A DNA stretch of 38,606 nucleotides from Catajapyx aquilonaris (Eukaryota). Under the pieces are notes generated by a model. That model was not told the origin of the DNA. It saw only the letters and a program-made list of their open reading frames with translations, and made no database searches. This document shows positions 1-10,500 of this stretch, one piece after another (positions within the stretch are counted from its first letter, which is position 1; each line of letters opens with the position of its first letter). The stretch is from NCBI GenBank assembly GCA_000934665.2, contig JYFJ02003714.1, positions 1 through 38,606 on the forward strand, written 5' to 3'. The translations under genes were made by a program, and so were the position numbers.

Positions 1-89
1 GGCCACACCGGCGGTGCGAACACAACGCAGCACCCGTCCCTCGGCCAAACTTGCCCTCCGCGAGTGGGAAAAATCGTCGTGACCGTGCG

Positions 90-563
90 CCCTTAACTAC
101 GTAGGTGGAGCCTGAGAGGCTCCAAGCACTATTTAAACGCATGTAACTTTTTCATTGAATTTTATTTTCCACTCTCCTTCCGTGACTTTGTCAGAAAAAC
201 CTTCCTAAGCATGAAAAGGAAATAACAAATTTTTTAGTCCCTATTCTTTGGTTTAAAAAAAATCGTAACGAGGAACAGGTCCCTCTAACCACTCAGGCTA
301 TCCCTATGCAGGTGAAGCCAGAGCGGCTCAAAGTTGTTGATGTAACCTTTTAATTAAAAATTTTTCCCTGTCAGAATATGCTGACTCAGCGTGTGATTTT
401 TACGTTTTCGGAAGCCTAATGATCTGAACTGCACATTCTGTATGTGAAAAGTCCAATATAATAATTTAGTTGATAAGCATAACTTTAAATATGCCGTTGG
501 AGCCTCTCAGGCTCCACCTACGTAGTTAAAGGTGTTTCGCCCACCTACGTAGTTAAGGGTTAA
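90..563. mobile_element. piggyBac-type non-autonomous element (MITE) in RCC2 intron 3; true left end may lie outside the window
   Basis: Perfect 33-bp inverted repeat 93-125 (TTAACTACGTAGGTGGAGCCTGAGAGGCTCCAA) / 497-529. An additional terminal copy at 541-563 ends ...GTAGTTAAGGG-TTAA, the CCC/GGG + TTAA terminus typical of piggyBac. No transposase ORF. Confidence 0.7.
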
Positions 564-1094
564 GGAAAGGTTTTAATTTGCTCCCACCTCCTCCTGTGGC
601 CATTTGAAGGTTGAACAAATTAATTTTAAAATCCAGACTTCTCAGTTAGGGATCTAACCATGCCAAAATCAAGTTTCACTTTTCCACCTAATAATTGAGA
701 ACATCCTTACTACAAGTTATTGTGACTTGAGGCAACAGTGGACTTGGCTAGCAAACAAAGTAGCAGATAGTTAAAATGGTTGGTGGATCTGGCTCTACAT
801 TTCTTCTACTGTACTAGATTTCACCAGACACAAGGTCTTCCAAGTGCAGCATGAAAAAGCAATAGAACCCTCTGCATGGCATGGTTTCTGGCCAAGAAAT
901 ATTCCATGGACCTTCTTGAGTTACACTACATACTCCCATTTTAGCAAGAGCATTGCTCACTACCGACATTACTTATAACATTCTATCCTTTGGTGTTGTC
1001 AGCACACAAAATTACATTTGTTTCACACTCGTTTATCCCGCTGTGCTTAAATCTCCTTGGAAAATGATTGTCATATTAATCTTGGCATACATAC

Positions 1095-3173
1095 CTGACA
1101 AGAACAAGCTGTGATTCCTGCCGCAAGATGCACCAACTATGTTAATCCCTTTCAATTCCGGAAGAGCCACTGGAACGTCCTTCCTTGTGGTGTCGCCAGT
1201 GCCAAGTTGTCCTCTCTCATTCCGACCTGCACAACACCCAAAAAGTTAGTAGTATTGGGAGCATATATCCCTCAATATTATTACCAACTCACCCCAGGTA
1301 AAAACTTGGCCATCTCTTGTAACAATGACACTATGGCTGCAAACGGATCCAGAAGCCACAAGACGCACCTTCAGCCCATTGAGTGCAGACAAAAGATGAG
1401 GTGTCCACAGATTTCTCCCAGCTCCACCTTTTACACCTTTAGGCAATTCTCTACGGCCAATCAGGTCCCAGTTTGTGCCACCGCAGATCAGGACAGTGCC
1501 GCTACCATCATCTACATTGTCCTCAACCTCCTTTGCCTGAAAGTAAAGGATTTAAGTGCAACTCTTACATTCCCTGTTTTTGAGAGACAGTCCTGCTGAG
1601 AATATATAATGGATGTGTGATTAACCCTTGTAATGTGAAGGACATAAGAATCAGATGTCACAATATGGTTTTGAAAATTTATTCCTACATGCAACTAATG
1701 TGTCAACTGCATAATGTGTGCTGTAATGTTGAGATAAGGAAGCTCTTCCTAGTTTTAAAGCAGCAGGGTGACTAACACTTTGAACTGTAACAACAAACAC
1801 GTTCCATTTCATAACAGAAACCTTCAACATCAATAGTGACCTCACTGTGCAAGCAAGGCCTGCAGTGACATCAGTGGTCTAGCCTGCCCTGACCACTCTC
1901 TCTCTCTGAGTCACTCTTGCTTCTTGGAATCTATTTGTGACTTCAGGGCGAAGCTTACTGTAATAGAAAGTAAGCCTGTTTCTACAAGTGATGACAAGTA
2001 CTACCATAATGGGTAATACAGTTTATGCAATTAAATTTTCTTGTGATAATAGCCATTTATCCTAATAGTGCAGCATTTGACTGCATTGCTATGATTCCAA
2101 AATTATGACCTTTGAATAGAAAATTTTCATTGCAAACATATACCATTTTAGTTGTTCACAAAGGACGAGAGAACAGCCAACCCTTACTCCACAGACTAAC
2201 TCAAGGGCAAGCTTTTGTCAAGTGTCCCCAGCCTTTGTGACAGTGCATCAAGATCTGCCAATGGCGAGGGCAACAGTTCATGCGGCAGCAAACTACTTCC
2301 AATCTTGACAGCCAGTAAATGGCCAACATTAATGGGATACTGCAATCCAAATATTTTGATACCCACTGGAATAAGACTGTGTCCACTTATTAAGGCCAAT
2401 TTGCTCCTGCATAATATATGATGCCCAGTTAATTGGGAGAACCCCCTTACACATGTTCCGCAAATACACTTATGTGGCCACACAATCATGGAACACAGGT
2501 AAAGAACTGATAACTTATTCAGTACAATAATGCAAAAAATTGTACTGTCGGTACCTGCTGAATTCAGGCTCGATTATGTTATTGCATTTAGTGTTTCAGC
2601 ATACTTTGCATAAAATCATACGTCCACTACTTCTGGCCCATGTCCAGTCCTGCATGTAAACGACCCTCCAATTATTAACCCCCCCCNCCCCACCGAGTCA
2701 CACATGAGCATCATCAGTTGAATTCGCGGAAACCAATCCATCACCCACCCATCCCACCACCCCCAAGCTTCTTTCTCTCTCTCTTTTTTTTCCTCACCCC
2801 CCACTCTCTCTCTCTCTCTTTCCCCGGGAATCGATTATACCAGCAGGCACTTTTTGCGGGTGGCGCTGATTCATCTGGGGGCCATCCCCAGCCGATCATC
2901 AACAATGGAGAGAATCATAATAAAACTCACCGGTGTTGATGCGACGCCGCCACTCTTCTTGGGCTCCTCCTCTTTGTTGTTGTCGTCTGCTGGTGCTGCT
3001 GCTTCTGCACCACCTTTGTCCTCTTCCTTCGCATCTTCCGCATCCTTTTGTTCCTCTTCTTCTTCTTCTTCTTCCGTCCTGGCCTGCTTCTTCTTGGGCT
3101 CCTGTTCCTCCTCCTCCTCCTGTTCCTCTCCTTCCTCCTGGTCGTCCTCCACCTTCCTCTTGGTGTCCGACAT
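1095..3173 (-). CDS. RCC2: Protein RCC2 (TD-60) homolog, RCC1-repeat protein; 5' three coding exons, 3' part outside window
   Basis: Exons 3173-2931 (acidic N-terminus MSDTKRKVEDD...), 1536-1293 (GTVLICGGTNWDLIGRRELPK...RNLWTPH...VASGSVCSHSVIVTRDGQVFTWG) and 1226-1095 (RNERGQLGTGDTTRKDVP...GASCGRNHSLFLS). All GT-AG with consistent phases 0,1,1. NWDLIGR and WGRNExGQLG are RCC2 hallmarks. Confidence 0.92.
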
Positions 3174-3720
3174 GACTTTGATTCTCTACCTGGGTCGGCC
3201 TACCTGGCTTGTGTGGTGGGACAGGGCCGGCCGGATCTCACCCCCTCTGTTCTGTTCTGTTTGGTTCCCCCCCTGCCTGCCCCCTCGCTGCTTCCGCCCC
3301 GACCTGAGAACCAACGCCGCTTCTCTTGTTCTAGATCCCCCCCACCCTCTCTCTCTGCCCGTCTGCCGATGGGAGGGGAGATGGAGGGGGTAGGGAGGTG
3401 GGCTGGGAGAGAGAAAAAAAGAGCCCCCCGCTTTACCACCCACTCTCACCCGGCGACTCACCCACCCACCCAATTTCCACCCACCCGTCCGGCAGGCAGA
3501 TCTCATTCTTTTGTGCATGAGCAAGTGCCGCACTTGTTCAGGTGAGGGTAATTGCACACACGGAAGCGAGATTTGAAGAGTGGCGTTCATTGCGATTTGG
3601 TTAATTGCGAGATTAATTGAGCGAGGGTGCGAATGCGGCCGAGATGCGATGGTGGCGACAGCGGGAGCTGGCGGAACTTATGGGCGCGGCTTTCAACTTT
3701 GAGAATTGGACGAGAATACA

Positions 3721-4003
3721 CAGTACTCCCGATTATCCGGGTGCGGATTATCCGTCCATCGCAAAAATAAATTCGAAACAACGTCAAAATGTTTCGCAAT
3801 CAAAGAAAATTTGCAGACATTTCTAGAACACAAATAGTATTGTAGTATAAAAAAATAGTACCGTATGTAGCCTACTGCATAGTTCACTTAAAACGTCTGA
3901 AATAGCTCATTTTACGGTGCCTATGTCATTTTCGGATTATTCGTGTTTTACGATTATCTGGCGACACCCGTGCATTCATTAACACGAATAATCGGGAGTA
4001 CAG
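3721..4003. mobile_element. Tc1/pogo(Tigger)-like MITE upstream of RCC2
   Basis: Imperfect TIRs CAGTACTCCCGATTATCCG (3721-3739) and CGAATAATCGGGAGTACAG (3985-4003); internal repeats of the GATTAT(C/T)CG / CGGATTAT motif. Confidence 0.6.
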
Positions 4004-4782
4004 CGCGTGTGGTTCAGAATATTGTTAGTTTCCAAGTCCCAACCCCATCTCCGGATGACTGAAAAAGTCTAAATCCAAAACGTGTTAAAATAGTGTTCAC
4101 ATCATTCTATTAGTAGTGAACTCATTACCAAATTTTGGAAACACCCCTTGGACCTGCCTTGGACAGGGAGCCTTGGACGTAATCCGAAACAAATGCCACA
4201 CTATTAGCTCTCCTTCTGCACACTACTGCCTCTCTCTTAGGAGCTTAGGAGGTAAGTACACTGTATTAGCAATGCTACTTATTAGTATTAGCCACGAGAA
4301 AGATAATCCTCTAGGTGAATTATTTTGTTATATTAGCCATGAGGAGGATTAAACCACTAGGTGAATAATTATCCTCCTCATGAATAATCATCCGCCTCAT
4401 GGATAATAAATCACCTCTCTTTAATTAGGAGCCGGGTGAATATTATTAACCATGAGGAGGATTAATCCGCTGAGTGAATTATTATTAGCCACGAGAAAAT
4501 TAATATGCCACATGAATTCATGATGACGATTAATCGGCTAGGATGCTAGGTGAATTATTATCCACGAGAAAGATTAATCTGCTAGGTGAACTCGCATCGG
4601 AAGATGCGATTCATGAGAAGGGTTAAACCACTAGAAGCTAGGTCAATTATTATTAGCCATGAGGAGGATTAATCCTCTAAGTGAATTATTATTAGCCATG
4701 ATAAAATCAATCTGCCACGTGAATTCACGAGGAGGACAAATCGGCTACGTGAATTATTATTTTTGAGGGGGATTAATCTGCT

Positions 4783-5279
4783 AGGCGGTTCCCAACCTGG
4801 GGTACGCGTACCCCCGGGGGTACGCCGCAGGATGGTCAGGGGTACGCGAAAGAAAAGGAGCAATGGCGGATTAATCAATATATTGCACCTGGCAAATATG
4901 TTCAGTCAGATTTCAAGAAATTATGTGCTTCAAAACAAGGTCAAGGATCCCACTGAACATTTCCTGTGTGCTATGTTATTCATGAAACAAGATTCCAAAT
5001 AATTATATGGAAGTGTGTGCGCATATTAACTATTAATAATAATTACATATGTTAATCTTTAAGTATCATTTGAATTTGAATGTAAAAATATATGCTTTGT
5101 ATATCTTATGGTTGCTTTGCATTATTATCCTATTACTGATTAATTTATTTCCAGTTACAGCCTATATTTTAAATAACAGCAGGTATTTATTACAAACATT
5201 CTCCATTAGGGATAAGGGGTACAATTTATGGGAATGGGCCGCCAGAGGGTACGTAAGTGAAAAAGGTTGGGAACCGCTG
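4783..5279. mobile_element. hAT (Charlie-like) MITE, copy 1
   Basis: TIRs GCGGTTCCCAACCT (4785-4798) / AGGTTGGGAACCGCTG (5264-5279); subterminal GGGGTAC repeats; near-identical to 5627-6086. Confidence 0.8.
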
Positions 5280-5626
5280 AATAGCTAGGTGAATTATTAT
5301 TATTATTCATGAGGAGGTTAATCCGCCATAGAGGAGCTAGGTGAATTCTTATTAGCCATGAGGAGGATTAATCCGCTGAGTGAATTTATTATTATTCACG
5401 AGTAAGATGAGTAAGCTGCTTGGTGAATTATTATTATTAGCCACGAGAAAAATTAAGTGCTGCATGAATATTATTCTTCATGAGAAGGATTAATCCGCTA
5501 GGTGGATTATTAGCTATGAGGAGGATTAATCAGCTAGGTGAATTATAAGCCATGAGAAAGATCTAGACTCTAGAGCTCTTGGAAAGATTAATGTGCTTAT
5601 TGTTCGCGAGTAGGATTAATCCGCTA

Positions 5627-6086
5627 GGGGTACGCGTATCCCCGGGGGTACGCCGCAGGATGGTCAGGGATACGCGAAAGAAAAGGAGCAATGGGGGATT
5701 AATCTGGCAAATATGTTCAGTCAGATTTCAAAAAATTATGTGCTTCAAAACAAGGTCAAGGATCTCACTGAACATTTCCTGTGTGCTATGTTATTCATGA
5801 AACAAGATTCCAAATATATGGAAGTGTGTGTGCATAATAACTATTAATAATAATTACATATGTTAATCTTTAAGTATCATTTGAATTTGAATGTAAAAAT
5901 ATATGCTTTGTATATCATATTGTTGCTTTGCATTATTATCATATTACTGATTAATTTATTTCCAGTTACAGCCTATATTTTAAATAACAGCAGGTATTTA
6001 TTACAAACATTCTCCATTAGGGATAAGGGGTACAATTTATGTGAATGGGCCGCCAGAGTAAGTGAAAAAAAGGTTGGGAACCGCTG
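5627..6086. mobile_element. hAT (Charlie-like) MITE, copy 2, lacking the left TIR
   Basis: Direct near-identical copy of 4799-5279, starting at GGGGTACGCG and ending AGGTTGGGAACCGCTG. Confidence 0.8.
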
Positions 6087-7508
6087 CGCCAAGTTTGCCA
6101 AGAGCTAATAGCTCTTGGCTGCGCTAGGTGAATTTATTATTAGCCACTAGTAGTGAACCCGCTGTCAAATTTTGGCAACACTGCCTCCCCACTTGGAAGT
6201 AGTAGTACAATATGCCACTACCGGTTGGCGCCTAGGCTCCACGTGTAGGCTCCCTCTCGCGCTCTAGGAACACTACTTCAGCACTTCTGCTCTCAGGGGT
6301 CAAGCACCAAGCAGTACCGTACTCTGTGACCGTACTACTATACTACAGTATACATGCTAACAAGCACACTGATGATGACCTATAACCACGCGTTCAAAGA
6401 CCACCAGGACGCTATAACAAGCACGTCTCTCATCGCCTCCATTGAAGTGTGTCCCAATCTCTGACCGCTATGGGTAATTTAGACCTACACCTATATCCTG
6501 TGGCCTGTCATTGTTGAACGGTAAAACGTAAACGTGACAACTATGGTAACTAACAAGATACACCTAAGTGATGACTGATGAGTCAACGTGTGTAGGGAAG
6601 GAGTAGGTACGTACGCATATCGAGTTCTGAATATGATATGCGGAACAATACCGGCATATTTGTTTAATAGCAATATTATAGCTTCAAGCAGGGTTTATAC
6701 GTACGTTACCATTAGGGTGAAGACAAGGGCCGTGAAAAAAAAAGCAGGATCGCTCAGGTTGTCTAGATGAGTAGACGAACCGTCATTTGGCTGCTACTAT
6801 GGTGACTGATAATTATGCAGTAACTGTAATCACTGAGGAGGCTGGCCAGACAACATTTCTTGTCATTACGAGTTATTGCAACATTACCCCCCTCCCCATG
6901 ATTTTTAATCTGTAATGGTTTGTATAATACAACGGAGAGAGTAGTTGAACCTTTTATAATTATTCATCTAATAAGTTAATCTTCGCACCCGCAATACGAA
7001 GTGACACTGAAAGCATCCTAATTGGAAAGGGGTCATCCTGTGGTATATGCAACCGCATCCTTGGCCAACTCGTAGCATAACGTTCAGGCGCACTGAACAT
7101 GATCCACAATCTGTATATTCATTCCTCATTATTCCCTGATCCGGAGGCAGACTCTGAATGAAATACCTGGGGGGCTAAGGCGAGAGAAAAATGACGTAAC
7201 AAATAAATGGCCGTGCGGGGGAGGAAGGAATAGGAGTGAATCAGAAATGAGAGATGGGGGAGGGAAGAGAGGAAGAAATGGACGCTTCCAAAAGAGGAAC
7301 CAATGAATGACGAATGAAGAGGGCCTTTTGGACCAACACAAGCAGCACCCCGGGCAGAAGGCGCCAAACAGAGTTCGTCGGACTTTGATTCAGTAGCATC
7401 AGTGTCCGCTCGTGCAATGGAATTGCTCGCCTGCTGTGTTCAATCCAGTGAGTGTCGGTGTCGCTGGGAAGAAAAGGGCAAATAGAGAAAACCAAGACGA
7501 GAAGAAGG

Positions 7509-10500
7509 ATGGCCAAATTTTTGTCCACTTTGAAAGCCATCATCACCAGGCTCATTTTTGGTATTCACGGCGCAGTGGCCATATTCAGAGTGTACACCAT
7601 CAAGGGCAACCCTTGGTACTGGTATCTGGCAGCCTCAATACTCGCGCTGTTCTTTGAAGCCATATTTACGCTCACCATCAAGCGCAGCCAGGAATGGAAG
7701 TGGTAGTGTGACTTTTAACCCATTGCTTGCTAGAAATAGTATGCTAGTGGAATATAATATTATGTGTGCTTACGTACATATGTAGTGCAGTGCAACAGTA
7801 AAGTAAATATGGAAACGACTTATTCAATACATATCACGTGAAAAATGCACCAGAAGCATTTTATTGCTCAGTGGTGCAGAACTTCCACTCCAGAAAGACC
7901 ATTGGAAAACCTTTACAAAATCATTTCAATTCGTGTATAGTTGTTCTAGTACTTTTTAGCTGTGAGACTTTAAACTTCAATGTTGACTCATGAAGGCACC
8001 CAATTCTTTTGCAAGGCTCTTTCCCATTCAGAGGAATCGATGGCCTAATGGGCCCCAACAGGACTGCAACCCTACGTTGCCTTGCAAACAAATTTTTCTT
8101 TTAACCCGCCAAACAACAATAATCTCGTGACAATACTTAGCCTGCCAATTGTGTATTAATAACTCATACACGATGAAATAACAGCACGTGCAATATCACC
8201 AGGTGGATGCCAGTAAATTAATTATTGCAATGAATTCATATTTTCAATGTGTAATTATTCGACTGTTGTATTTCTCCAGCTAATAATTACTACTCAAATA
8301 AATTTTCAAAATATCGCAAAACTCGACTGAGAAGATACAACGGCAACGCAGCACATTACAAGTTGGCGAGTCAAACTGTTAGACGGTGGGGGTTAGGTTG
8401 GGTAGTGGTGGGTGAACAAAAAGAGCCATCCTTTTGGCAGGTGGATTTCCCCCACCCACACTCCAACCTCTACTTTCTCACCCCTTGGCCATTATTCCGC
8501 GGGGATGATTCGCTTCCGTAGAATTGAGAGGAAAAGAGAACTAGGTCCGATAATGACGACTGCTCACCTCCCCACCCACCCTTTTCTTCTTCCTTTTTTC
8601 ACCCCCTGCTGCACCACCGAGAGATTGATGGCCACAACTTCATTAACTCTACCTCATCAGATTAATACTCACGATGCTATCTATGCGGGAACCATTTGCT
8701 CTTCCGGTTATATAAGTGTGCCTTCCATATCATCTTGTGGATTTTTTTTACTCATCCAGCTTTAAGTGATGGAGACATTTTCCAAGAATTCCGAAATTTT
8801 GATTGTTTTTTTCTATGCTAGGTTCTGCCCCAGCGTCTTCTTTTACCTGTGCAGCGTGGTGCCTGCGATTTGGCTAATTGAGCTGGACAAGTTTGACAGA
8901 AGATTGGCTCACAGGAAAGGACTTCAGGCTAACCTCACTGAAAACGAGTTTTTAGCGTTGGATAGCATTGGACTCGGGGTTAGTCGATGTCATAAGTCCA
9001 TAACCAAATGCCAATTTAATTGCTGCTTTTCTTAAAGGTTGGTGTGAAATTGCCAGCTGGAATTGACTCCGAGACATGGGCAACACTGATAGAACAAGTG
9101 CTCATGCTGATTCTGATCGTGGGACGATGGATGTTGCCAAAAGGTGAACTCACTAGAGACCAACTGTCGCAGCTCCTCCTGGTCTACATTGGTACTGCTG
9201 CAGACATCATTGAGTTTTTCGATTCGTTCAAGGATGAAAAGGTGACTCCACCTCAATTAATATATGAATTGGACATGGCCCAGAATATTTGATTTTACAC
9301 CACATTTAGGTGGCCTCCAATCGGATCTTGTGCATCCTAACGCTTTCCATCTGGTCCTGGAGTCTCATGCAATTCACTCTGGTGCTGACGGCCACCAAAG
9401 CACGCAAAACGCGCATATCCAGCGAGTTGCCAGCACCAGCGCCCAAACGGTTGCATCGTGCCAGGCGACGAATCAGACAAGCCACAGAAATCTGCTGCTC
9501 CTTAGACGTCTGGGGCATCCTCATCACCATCATACTTCAGGCCGGTATCAAGTCATACTCGTTTTGATTTATATTTTTTTTTTGCAATTTTACGGGTGCA
9601 ATTACCAATCCTTGCACTGCATAGAGCAGGACGCGCCTTTCCTGGTGTTCCGGATGCTCCTGATCTTCTACTACCGCATAATCTCCTACATGAACGTGTT
9701 CTTCACCTGCAAGAACACGTTGGTCATCGTGCTTCAGTTCTACCGCCTGTACGTCGTCCAGTCTGAGAAGATGAAGGAGCTGAAGGACGAAGGCAAAGAT
9801 TCGTCCAAAGGAAGACGGCCACCTCCTCAACCCCCAGGTAGTGCTGGTAGCAGAGCAGCAGCACTTAGGACTGCAGCATCAGCAGCTGTTATAGCTGCTG
9901 GAAGCAGGGATCGGTCTCGGAGTCGAGCTTCAGACCAAGGGTCAACTGGCAGCCCAGGAAGAACCAACAGTGCTGCGCGTCTCATGTCCTCAGATGAACA
10001 GCCCACACCGCCTAGGAATCTTTTCAGAGGACGAAGGGTGTGGCCTGGCAACCACTGAAGCAGTGACCTACGAGGTTACTTACGACTTTTCATAATTATT
10101 GCAGGCTCGTCGCAAGTCATTGTCCACCAGCAACTTGAGGGAACTGGTGGAGGATGTTGTGATGGTTGAGAGGCACCAGCAGCAGCAGCAAGGGCAAAGA
10201 CGACAAAGAGTGGTGGTTGCGTCGCCTGCTTTGACCTCAGGTTCTCCCAGCCCGCCTTTTGAGGACGATGCTCTTGACGATGAGCTTGTTCTGCAAGAGG
10301 AAGGCGACGAAGAAGACATTGATGACTTGGAGGAGGAGGAGGAAGACGAAGAAAACGCTGTCAATCAACGGCTGCTGGACGACTTTTCCTTAGCCGAGCT
10401 GCAGTCAGTTAGGAGGTACAGTACTGTGTACGAAATCTGCTGTGCACCGATATAGCTTTAAAATCTTCCAATGTGTACAGAGGCGGAAGAGGCGGCGGAG

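Larger units (their letters stand above)
4276..6148. repeat. Degenerate ~39-bp minisatellite array (consensus ~CTAGGTGAATTATTATTAGCCATGAGGAGGATTAATCCG), interrupted by two hAT MITEs
   Basis: Roughly 20 diverged units visible at ~4276-4784, 5284-5626 and 6125-6148, with a short inverted block at ~4365-4416. Confidence 0.85.

Noticed and set aside
843..915. U17/snR30-like motifs (AAACCAU, AUAUU..) and RNase P-like GAAGGUC in the RCC2 intron segment
   Set aside because: Spacing and flanks do not fit: there is no ACA just after AAACCAU, the motif is absent from the second copy, and no matching RNase P/MRP CR-V sequence was found.
2200..2560. Possible decayed coding sequence or endogenous viral fragment
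   Set aside because: Multiple stops and no recognisable motif; cannot be supported without a tblastx search.
2678..2692. Poly-C tract with an N
   Set aside because: Sequencing or assembly ambiguity in a homopolymer, not a biological signal.
1843..2930. Intronic H/ACA-type telomerase RNA
   Set aside because: No template complementary to TTAGG or TTAGGG repeats was found on the host-sense strand upstream of the hairpins.
2854..3590. Several long overlapping ORFs (179, 165, 134 aa)
   Set aside because: Antisense or alternative-frame shadows of the purine-rich RCC2 exon 1 and its GC-rich promoter.
4276..5626. Regularly spaced ~39-bp repeats as a CRISPR array
   Set aside because: Units are contiguous and degenerate with no unique spacers, there are no cas genes, and the context is eukaryotic.
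5049..6108. Twin 79/82-aa hydrophobic ORFs (MLIFKYHLNL...)
   Set aside because: They lie inside the two copies of the AT-rich hAT MITE and show no coding signature.
6570..6600. CTGATGAG as a hammerhead ribozyme core
   Set aside because: No stem II followed by GAAA and no matching stems I/III.
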